Below are positions 8,165 to 15,665 of a DNA stretch of 17,116 nt, one piece after another. Location: assembly GCA_037444665.1 (NCBI GenBank), contig JBBILZ010000050.1:1-17116 (forward strand), read 5' to 3'. Each line of letters opens with the position of its first letter. Positions within the stretch are counted from its first letter, which is position 1. The notes beneath the pieces were generated by a model that was not told where the DNA came from, did not search any database, and was given only the letters and a program-made list of their open reading frames with translations. A program made the translations under genes and the position numbers. This stretch comes from a candidate division WOR-3 bacterium (GTDB lineage: Bacteria; Hydrothermota; Tepidihabitantia; SM23-42; JAOAFX01).

Positions 8165-9736
8165 TCACATCCTTTCCGGGCATGAACAACCTAACAATTC
8201 CATACCCGTTCTTAATGTCAAGGCAGTTCGGTTAATAAGAAAGAGCCTTGCTCTGGTCAGGTCTTTATTATCACCAACCACCCGATGCTTCTGATAAAAG
8301 TAGTGGAATAATCTTGCCAATTCAATCAAATAATATGTCAGCATAAATGGTTCCAGATTGTTTACTGCATCTGCCACTACTTCTTCAAATCGCAAAACAT
8401 ATTTTATCAAATCAAATTCTTCTTTTTCTTTAATCATACCCAAGGTTTCGTCTTCAGCTATACTGATGCCCTGTTCTTGAGCATATTTAACGATACTCAT
8501 AATACGGGCATATGCATATTGGACATAATACACTGGATTCTCTTCAGAAACAGTGCGTGCCAGGTCAAGGTCAAAATCAAGATGCTGGGAGCTTGAGCGC
8601 ATCAGGAAAAAGAATCTAATAACATCCACAGGAATTTCGGCGAAGAGGTCTTCAAGCGCGATAAAAGTTCCTGACCGTTTAGACATTGAGATATATGCAC
8701 CATCTTTTTTTAATCTCACTTCCTGAACAATAATAATTTTAAGGATATTATCTGGATAGTCAAGTGCTTTAAGTCCGGCATAAAGACTGTTTATCTGCCC
8801 GAGATGGTCTGGTCCGAGTATTGTGATTAGGCGGTCATAACCTCTCTCTATTTTATTTAAATGATATGCAATGTCAGGTAAAAGGTATGTATATCTTCCA
8901 TCTTTGGTGATTATCACGCGGTCGCGGGCATCCTTAAACATCGTAGTTTTAAGGTGGATTGCGCTATCCTGTTCAAAAAGGAGTCCTTTGTCTTTGAAAA
9001 TTTTCAAAACTCTTTCTACATAACCCTTATTGCGAATTTCTGATTCACGAATCCAATTTTTAAAAACAACACGGAAATTTTGTAGCATTGTTTGGTGTTG
9101 CTTAATAAAATGGTCTACAGCATCAATTTTTATTTTTTCAATATCGTGGATGTTTTGCTCGTAAAAATGCCGGGCAATAGGTATAAGATATTCACCATGA
9201 TAGCCATCATCTGGGATTGAATAAGGTTTACCTTCAATTTGTTGCATCCGCTGTTTGATACTTTCAGCAAGCAGGTCAATCTGTCTGCCTGAGTCATTAA
9301 TATAATATTCCGCATCAGCATGGAAGCCACAATAATTTAATAATCTCACAAGAGCATCGCCAAAAGCAGCAGCACGACCATTGACAATATTTATTGGTCC
9401 AGTTGGATTAACACTTACGAATTCTACATTTATTTTTATTCCCTGTCCGATGTTACATTTTTCATATTTTTTGAACTTTTCTTTTAGATATTCAGGGTTT
9501 AATACAAAATTGATAAAGCCCGGAGGATAGATAATCGTTTCGGTAATGAGGGGCGAATTAATCTTTTTTACAATATCTTCGGCAAGTTTTAATGGATTCG
9601 TTGATTTTTTTGCAGCAAGGCGCATTGCGATATTGGTTGAATAATCGCCTTTTTTCTCTGCTGGCACATAGTCAATCTCAATTTTTTCTTCTGAGCATAC
9701 ATCCTGTAAAATTTTTTTTATTTCGTCACGAATCAT
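8165..9736 (-). CDS. argS: Arginine--tRNA ligase
   Basis: Motifs GDYSTNIAM, PGFINF, VEFVSVNPTGP, EYYINDSGRQI, GYHGEY, DIAYHLNK, MSKRSG, ENPVYYVQYAYARI and C-terminal PERM. Confidence 0.97.
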   Translation of the reverse strand: MIRDEIKKILQDVCSEEKIEIDYVPAEKKGDYSTNIAMRLAAKKSTNPLKLAEDIVKKINSPLITETIIYPPGFINFVLNPEYLKEKFKKYEKCNIGQGIKINVEFVSVNPTGPINIVNGRAAAFGDALVRLLNYCGFHADAEYYINDSGRQIDLLAESIKQRMQQIEGKPYSIPDDGYHGEYLIPIARHFYEQNIHDIEKIKIDAVDHFIKQHQTMLQNFRVVFKNWIRESEIRNKGYVERVLKIFKDKGLLFEQDSAIHLKTTMFKDARDRVIITKDGRYTYLLPDIAYHLNKIERGYDRLITILGPDHLGQINSLYAGLKALDYPDNILKIIIVQEVRLKKDGAYISMSKRSGTFIALEDLFAEIPVDVIRFFFLMRSSSQHLDFDLDLARTVSEENPVYYVQYAYARIMSIVKYAQEQGISIAEDETLGMIKEKEEFDLIKYVLRFEEVVADAVNNLEPFMLTYYLIELARLFHYFYQKHRVVGDNKDLTRARLFLINRTALTLRTGMELLGCSCPERM

Positions 9737-10081
9737 TTATATTTTTACCTGGGGAGCATCACCCCACAGTCGCTCAAGTCCGTAAAATTCCCTCGCTTCT
9801 TTTGAGAATATATGGACAATGACATCAATATAATCAAGCAAAACCCAGTTTCCTTCTTCCAGACCTTCATTGTGGTTCGGTTTTTGAAATTCAATCAAAT
9901 ACTCCGCAATCGTTTTGTTATGGATATTAGATAGACCTGTGGCAATAACAAAAAAATCTGTAATTGGTGAAATTTCTCGCAGATCAAAAACTACTATATC
10001 CTCTCCCTTTTTTTCGCTAATAATATGGGCGAGTGATTTTGCCAGATTAATTGCTGACTTATCAGAATCTTTTTTCAACAT
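9737..10081 (-). CDS. rsfS: Ribosome silencing factor RsfS (Iojap)
   Basis: Motifs EKKGEDIVVFDL, TDFFVIATG and EG....WVLLDYIDVIVHIF...AREFYGLERLWGDA. The first ATG is at 10081; the track's start at 10111 is non-ATG. Confidence 0.95.
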   Translation of the reverse strand: MLKKDSDKSAINLAKSLAHIISEKKGEDIVVFDLREISPITDFFVIATGLSNIHNKTIAEYLIEFQKPNHNEGLEEGNWVLLDYIDVIVHIFSKEAREFYGLERLWGDAPQVKI

Positions 10082-10520
10082 CGGGGAATAATTTTTTGTA
10101 ATCTTCACCAATGATCAGGGTTATATCAAGATACAATGCCGGGTCAACATCCTTGCCGATATTTTTACAACCGATACGCCGTGCAAAATACTTTCCATTT
10201 TCCATGTTCTCATCTGCCCTTTCAATTACGACTGTTTCTTTATAGATTGATTCAGTTGTTCCAATCTTGACAACATTAAATCCTTTTTCGCGTAAAATAT
10301 CACTTACCTTGATAGCAAGACGATTAATGTTACAACCATTAAGAACCTCAACCCGAAGATTACTATTTTTTTTGTATATCTCTTCAGGGTCTTCTCGGCT
10401 ACGCATATAAATGACCGATGCTCCGAACAGAAACATTATGATAATAAGAATAATCAGCCCTGCTTTTCCCGAACTAAAATTCTTCTGGATAAAAGAAATT
10501 TTTGTTTTGTTTAAATTCAT
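10062..10520 (-). CDS. Membrane-anchored LytR C-terminal-domain protein
   Basis: One TM helix, then VEVLNGCNINRLAIKVSDILREKGFNVV and DITLIIGEDY, a typical LytR_C signature. Adjacent to rsfS. Confidence 0.85.
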   Translation of the reverse strand: MNLNKTKISFIQKNFSSGKAGLIILIIIMFLFGASVIYMRSREDPEEIYKKNSNLRVEVLNGCNINRLAIKVSDILREKGFNVVKIGTTESIYKETVVIERADENMENGKYFARRIGCKNIGKDVDPALYLDITLIIGEDYKKLFPDVEKRF

Positions 10521-11458
10521 ATTTTTAATTTCCTTTTATTACCATCTTTTATCCAGATAAATGGTCCTATTGTCATATCATCTTTTATATAGGTGTTGCC
10601 TTCAATCAGGGTAAATGGTCTGATTTGGACAAATTTGCCAATTTTAACAGTCAAATCAATATTCGTGGTATTGGGGTCTTCAATATAAACACCATTGAGC
10701 ATCAATTCAGAGAGCCATCTTTTTTTCACAATTTCCCTTACCCGTGCAAGTTCTAACTTTGTATTGATACCCTGAATTTGTTCTTCATCAGCAATTTTGA
10801 AGCCGATGACCTTGTTTTTTGCCCTGATAAAATTATGGACAATATCTGTAAGATAAAATTCTTTTTGTTTATTATCTGTGCTGATTTTAGATAGGGCATT
10901 GGAAATTAATTTTCTTGAACCGAAATAGATACCAGTATTTATTTCTTTTATCATTCTTTCTTTTTCCGTGGCGTCAATATGCTCAACTATTTTTATAATA
11001 TTGCCATTCTTATCTCGCACAATCCTGCCGTAACCAGCTGGTTCAGTCATTTCGCAGGTGAGAACGGTTAGATCAGCATTACACTGGAAATGGTTTTCAA
11101 TCATATCCTTGATTGTTTCTATTTTTAATAAAGGCACATCGCCATATAGAATAAGAATATATGGATGTTTAGTGATTGCCAATCCTTTTTTTGCTGCATC
11201 ACCAGTTCCCCGGGGAATCTCCTGTATCGCATATTTAATATTTTTACCCAGAATGTTTTTAACTGCGCCATAATTTTTTCCACAAACCACCACTATTTCG
11301 GAACAATTCAAACTATGCGCGATATCTACGGGAAATTGAATCATAGGTTTTCCCAAAATTTTATATAAAATTTTTGGGGTTCTGGTATGCATCCGTTTAC
11401 TTATTCCGGCGGCAAGGATTATGGTCGCAAAATTATCTGGAGTGGATTTTAAAGGCAC
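10517..11458 (-). CDS. glmU: GlmU-like N-acetylglucosamine-1-phosphate uridyltransferase, C-terminally truncated (313 aa)
   Basis: Motifs IILAAG...RM, PKILYKILGKPMI, Q....GTGDA, LYGDVPL, GYGRIVRD, EINTGIY, EFYLTD and GIN. Only the first few left-handed beta-helix coils follow. Confidence 0.85.
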   Translation of the reverse strand: MPLKSTPDNFATIILAAGISKRMHTRTPKILYKILGKPMIQFPVDIAHSLNCSEIVVVCGKNYGAVKNILGKNIKYAIQEIPRGTGDAAKKGLAITKHPYILILYGDVPLLKIETIKDMIENHFQCNADLTVLTCEMTEPAGYGRIVRDKNGNIIKIVEHIDATEKERMIKEINTGIYFGSRKLISNALSKISTDNKQKEFYLTDIVHNFIRAKNKVIGFKIADEEQIQGINTKLELARVREIVKKRWLSELMLNGVYIEDPNTTNIDLTVKIGKFVQIRPFTLIEGNTYIKDDMTIGPFIWIKDGNKRKLKI

Positions 11459-11463
11459 AACTA

Positions 11464-11491
11464 AATATATTCAAAATTTAATTGATGTCAA
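11464..11491 (-). promoter_or_regulatory. Sigma70-type promoter for the glmU operon (probably leaderless)
   Basis: Minus strand: TTGACA (11491-11486), 16-nt spacer, TATATT (11469-11464), then 5 nt to the GTG at 11458. Confidence 0.7.
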
Positions 11492-11521
11492 GAAGGTTGA
11501 TTTATCTATGTTGTTAGGGTG

Positions 11522-11549
11522 TTGATTTTAAATGATTTTTAAATATAAT
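11522..11549 (+). promoter_or_regulatory. Sigma70-type promoter for livHMGF (probably leaderless)
   Basis: TTGATT (11522-11527), 16-nt spacer, TATAAT (11544-11549), then 7 nt to the ATG at 11557. No SD sequence. Confidence 0.7.
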
Positions 11550-11556
11550 ATCGCTA

Positions 11557-12441
11557 ATGTCCTATTTTCTCCAGCAACTGATTAATGGTCTGCAATTAGG
11601 TTTTGTCTATGCATTAATTGCCCTTGGCTATACTATGGTCTATGGCATTGTGCGTTTAATCAATTTTGCACATGGCGATGTTTTTATGGTCGGTGCTTAT
11701 CTTGGTTTTTATGCGCTGGCGAAATACTGTCTGCCTTTTCCATTAGCCATCCTTTTTGCCATGGCTGGATGTGCTATCATTGGTATTACAATTGAGCGCC
11801 TGGCTTATAAGCCTTTAAGAAATGCACCGCGTATCTCGGCATTGATTACGGCAATGGGTGTTTCCCTTTTTCTGGAATATTTTACAAGTCTAAAATTTGT
11901 TTTTGGTCCTAATTATATTGCATATAAAAGACCATTTGAAATCTGCACATATCAGATTGCTGGAATATGTATATCAAATATTCAAATCCTTGTATTCGGG
12001 GTTGCAATTATATTGTTAATACTTTTGCAATTTATTGTTTTGAAGACGAAAATCGGAATGGCAATGAGGGCGGTTTCCTATGACAAAGATACTGCAAAAT
12101 TGATGGGTATCAATGTAGATTTTATTATCTCTTTTACATTTGGTCTTGGTTCCGCGCTTGCCGGCGCAGGCGGAGTCCTCTATGGTATTGCCTATCCCCA
12201 GATCTATCCATTTATGGGTATTATGCCCGGACTCAAGGCATTTGTGGCAGCGGTTCTTGGTGGAATTGGCTCAATTCCCGGAGCAATGCTTGGTGCGTTG
12301 ATTATGGGTGTTGTTGAAACAATGTGTTCAGCATATATTTCATCTACTATGCGTGATGCATTTGCTTTTTCTATTTTGATTATTGTTCTTTTAGTAAAGC
12401 CCACAGGCATTATGGGAAAGATTGAGGCAGAGAAAGTATGA
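11557..12441 (+). CDS. livH: Branched-chain amino acid ABC transporter permease LivH
   Basis: QQLINGLQLGFVYALIALGYTMVYGIVRLINFAHGD, GMAMRAVS.D...AKLMGIN and GLKAFVAAVLGGIGSIPGA. Confidence 0.95.
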   Translation: MSYFLQQLINGLQLGFVYALIALGYTMVYGIVRLINFAHGDVFMVGAYLGFYALAKYCLPFPLAILFAMAGCAIIGITIERLAYKPLRNAPRISALITAMGVSLFLEYFTSLKFVFGPNYIAYKRPFEICTYQIAGICISNIQILVFGVAIILLILLQFIVLKTKIGMAMRAVSYDKDTAKLMGINVDFIISFTFGLGSALAGAGGVLYGIAYPQIYPFMGIMPGLKAFVAAVLGGIGSIPGAMLGALIMGVVETMCSAYISSTMRDAFAFSILIIVLLVKPTGIMGKIEAEKV

Positions 12442-13400
12442 AAAAAGAGAATCTCCAATCAATTATAATCGTATTTGGTATCTTCCTTGTTATTATGATA
12501 CTAAATATTACCGGTCTTTTGAATCCTTACTGGCAGCAAATTATTCAGTTTGCCGCAATAATGACCATCTCTGCCCTTGGATTAAATCTTATCTATGGCT
12601 ATACAGGTCAATTTTCTCTGGGCCATGCGGCATTCTATGGACTTGGTGCATACTGTTCAGCATTGGTCACAAAAACACTCCATAATTTAGGATTTATTTC
12701 TTTTGTGGTTGGTCTCATTGTAGCAATTATCCTGGTTGCAGTCATTGCCCTTTTAATTGGTTTGCCAATTCTACGCCTGAAATCAGACTACCTTGGTATT
12801 GCTACACTCGGCTTTGGAATTATTGTTAAGGTTTTATTTGACAATGCTGATGCAGTAATCCCGGGGATGGGTGGTTCCAGGGGTATGCTCGGGATACCAA
12901 AATTTACTTCATTCCCGCTTACTTATTTATTTGTCATTCTCGCCATAATTGTTATCCGTAATTTTGTTTTTTCAGATATTGGACGCGCCTGTATTTCTAT
13001 TAGAGAAGATGATATTGCTGCAGAGTCTATGGGAATCAATACGACAAAATACAAAACATTGGGCTTTGTATTTGGTTCAATCTTTGCTGGTGTTGCGGGT
13101 GTTCTTTATGCCCATCTCTATTCTTTTCTACACCCTTCAAATTTTGATTTTCTGAAGTCCATTGATGTGCTATTGATTGTAGTCCTTGGTGGATTAGGAA
13201 GTATTTCAGGTACAATTTTAGCTGCAGTATCATGGACCTTTCTTCTTGAAGGGCTGAGAGTAATACTACCACCACAGATTCTTGATTGGCGTTTAGTGAT
13301 TTACCCGCTTGTGCTGATAATCATTATGCTTTTAAAACCTATGGGTATTGGTGCTGGAATGGAATTCAGATTTTTAAAACCGTCCAGTTTTAAAAGGTAA
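12438..13400 (+). CDS. livM: Branched-chain amino acid ABC transporter permease LivM
   Basis: GLNLIYGYTGQFSLGHAAFYGLGAY, LRLKSDYLGIATLGF, IREDDIAAESMGIN and VVLGGLGSISG. ATGA overlap with livH. Confidence 0.95.
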   Translation: MKKENLQSIIIVFGIFLVIMILNITGLLNPYWQQIIQFAAIMTISALGLNLIYGYTGQFSLGHAAFYGLGAYCSALVTKTLHNLGFISFVVGLIVAIILVAVIALLIGLPILRLKSDYLGIATLGFGIIVKVLFDNADAVIPGMGGSRGMLGIPKFTSFPLTYLFVILAIIVIRNFVFSDIGRACISIREDDIAAESMGINTTKYKTLGFVFGSIFAGVAGVLYAHLYSFLHPSNFDFLKSIDVLLIVVLGGLGSISGTILAAVSWTFLLEGLRVILPPQILDWRLVIYPLVLIIIMLLKPMGIGAGMEFRFLKPSSFKR

Positions 13401-13401
13401 A

Positions 13402-14184
13402 ATGGCAGACCAGAATAATAGTGTGGTTTTAAAGGTCAATCGTTTAACAAAGTATTTTGGTGGATTAAGGGCAGTATCATCATTTGAACTGTTAATTAAT
13501 GAAAATGAGTTGGTCGGACTTATTGGACCTAATGGTGCAGGAAAGACAACTGTATTTAATCTGATTACGGGTATATATCAGCCCGATTCTGGAGAAGTAT
13601 ATTTAAGAGATAGAAGGATAGATGGTTTAAAACCATATCAAATTTGCGAGATTGGGATTGCCCGAACCTTTCAGAATATCCGTTTGTTTAATAATCTTAC
13701 TGTGCTTGATAATGTGAAGATTGCCTGCCATAATGATGTGAAATATGGTGTAGTATCAGCAATTTTCCGCGATAGTAAATTTAAAAAAGAAGAAACACAG
13801 ATAGAAGAAAAGGCTTATGAGATTTTGTCTATCTTTAATTTACAGGGCCGTGCCCAGGAACTTGCTCGTAACCTGCCATATGGTGAGCGGAGAAAATTAG
13901 AAATTGTGCGTGCACTGGCGACAAAGCCAGAACTATTATTACTTGATGAACCTGCTGCAGGAATGAATCCACAGGAGACAATCAAACTTATGGAGTTAAT
14001 AAACTTTATTCGTGAGCGTTTTAAACTCACTATACTTTTGATTGAGCATCAGATGAGAGTGGTAATGTCAATCTGTGAGAGGGTGTGTGTAATGGACTTT
14101 GGTGAAAAGATTGCTGAAGGTAATCCAAAAGAGATTCAAAATGATGCGCGTGTCAAAGAGGCATATCTCGGAAAGGATACATAA
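13402..14184 (+). CDS. livG: Branched-chain amino acid ABC transporter ATP-binding protein LivG
   Basis: FGGLRAV, Walker A GPNGAGKTT, GIARTFQNIRLF, LPYGERRKLEI, LLLLDEPAAG and EAYLG. Confidence 0.96.
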   Translation: MADQNNSVVLKVNRLTKYFGGLRAVSSFELLINENELVGLIGPNGAGKTTVFNLITGIYQPDSGEVYLRDRRIDGLKPYQICEIGIARTFQNIRLFNNLTVLDNVKIACHNDVKYGVVSAIFRDSKFKKEETQIEEKAYEILSIFNLQGRAQELARNLPYGERRKLEIVRALATKPELLLLDEPAAGMNPQETIKLMELINFIRERFKLTILLIEHQMRVVMSICERVCVMDFGEKIAEGNPKEIQNDARVKEAYLGKDT

Positions 14185-14187
14185 TAA

Positions 14188-14910
14188 ATGGATAGGTCAA
14201 ATACACTGCTGGAAGTTAAAGGATTAAGTGTTTGCTACAATGCAATTACAGCATTACACAATATTTCTTTTAAGGTATGTCAGGGTGAGATTGTTGCGCT
14301 AATCGGTGCCAATGGTGCTGGAAAGAGCACAACCTTGAGAACCATTTCCGGCATTGTTCGGGCAAAGTCTGGACAAGTCTATTTTGAGAATAAAAATATT
14401 ACAAACCTGCCCGGGCATAAGATTGCTGGATTTGGTATCGGGCATGTGCCTGAAGGAAGAAAGCCTTTTGCCAATCTGACCGTGTATGAAAATTTGAGGC
14501 TTGGTGCATATCTGTTAAATGACCAGCATACAATTAATAATACAATGGAGCGTGTATTCAGGTCATTTCCTCGTTTAAAAGAGCGCCTTTACCAGGCTTC
14601 AGGAACGCTTTCAGGTGGTGAGTTGCAAATGCTTGCTATGGCAAGGGCACTGATGTCCAGACCCAAACTATTGATGCTTGATGAACCATCAATGGGTCTA
14701 TCACCTATTTTAGTGAATGAGATATTTAATATCATCAAAGAGATAAATGAACAGGGCACAAGTATTCTACTTGTAGAACAGAATGCACATAAGGCACTTT
14801 CAATATGCAATTATGCCTATGTGCTTGAAACGGGCAGGATAACTATGGAGGGCAGAGGCACAGATTTACACAAAGACCCAAAGGTCATAGAGGCATATTT
14901 AGGAGCATAA
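14188..14910 (+). CDS. livF: Branched-chain amino acid ABC transporter ATP-binding protein LivF
   Basis: GANGAGKST, HVPEGR, FPRLKER, LSGGELQMLAMARALM, LDEPSMGLSP, LLVEQNA and EAYLG. Confidence 0.96.
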   Translation: MDRSNTLLEVKGLSVCYNAITALHNISFKVCQGEIVALIGANGAGKSTTLRTISGIVRAKSGQVYFENKNITNLPGHKIAGFGIGHVPEGRKPFANLTVYENLRLGAYLLNDQHTINNTMERVFRSFPRLKERLYQASGTLSGGELQMLAMARALMSRPKLLMLDEPSMGLSPILVNEIFNIIKEINEQGTSILLVEQNAHKALSICNYAYVLETGRITMEGRGTDLHKDPKVIEAYLGA

Positions 14911-14954
14911 ATACAAAATTATTTTATGTATCCAATAATTAACTGGAGAAAAGA

Positions 14955-15642
14955 TTATCTAATAAGAATTATCTTTTTTGTTGCCTTATAATCGTTGGTT
15001 TCAAATCTACAGAAATAGACACCGGCAGGGACTTTTCTATTATTATCGTCCTGACCATTCCACAGGATGCTATGAATACCAGATTTTTCAATTCCGTCTT
15101 TCAAACATTTTACCTGTCTGCCAAGTATATCATAGATTACAAGTTTAATCTTTTCCATCTTAGGAAAACTATAATTAATCAATAGATTCTTTGTGCAGGG
15201 AACAGGATAGAGATTGAAACTGATTGATGTTAATTGAGATTTATTTTCTGTGACATAATTGGTTGGTGTAAAGCGATATTTATTGCCTTTAATCGGTGGT
15301 GAATACCGTGACGGATACACAATCCATCTGTCGCCAGGCTGGGATGGGGGGATAGAACGGGAAAACCGTATTGGTTGTCCACAGAGGTAGATAACCGATT
15401 GTCGCGAGTGTATCACCATTCGGTGCAATTGCACCTACCCATATTCCTGCACCATAGATATAATTATGTCCAGAATTTCTGGGCCACCAGGCACCTGCAG
15501 TTCCATTTATGCTTTGCCCAAATTTTCCATAATTGGAAATGCATACCTGCCATTGACCAAGATTATTCACTCTGATATCCCAGATTGCCCAGGAGAGATT
15601 AAAAAATATAATAATCATCAAAGCCCACTTTATCCTTAGCAT
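14955..15642 (-). pseudogene. Frameshifted secreted-protein gene with a FlgD-Ig/T9SS-like C-terminal domain (track ORFs 15289..15642 and 14955..15434 are its two halves)
   Basis: The 5' half has an SD (AGGAGG), an ATG at 15642 and a signal peptide. The 3' half has no credible start but ends in the sorting-type domain (LYPVP, IYDILGRQVK, WNGQDDNNRKVPAGVYF, KKIILIR). The total span is 688 nt (3n+1). Confidence 0.75.
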
Positions 15643-15665
15643 ATCTTCCTCCTATTTTAGTTCAA

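Noticed and set aside
11496..11528. GTTGATTT direct repeat (11496-11503 and 11521-11528) as an operator
   Set aside because: An 8-bp AT-rich match, one copy being the livH -35 itself; too weak without comparative data.
2682..14810. Short ORFs overlapping the main genes (2682-2942, 2777-2983, 4274-4480, 5488-5925, 6543-6743, 6790-6999, 6903-7106, 7279-7578, 9130-9330, 9592-9822, 11058-11273, 11165-11368, 12204-12458, 12422-12685, 12949-13155, 13036-13275, 13815-14030, 14589-14810)
   Set aside because: They are antisense or alternate-frame shadows of well-supported genes, with no recognisable motifs or initiation signals.
14911..14954. Bidirectional terminator between livF and the convergent gene
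   Set aside because: Only weak AT-rich pairings (ATACA/TGTAT, TCCA/TGGA) and no convincing GC-rich stem with a U-tract.
15375..15575. 66-aa plus-strand ORF inside the split secreted-protein gene
   Set aside because: Antisense shadow with no motif or start signal.
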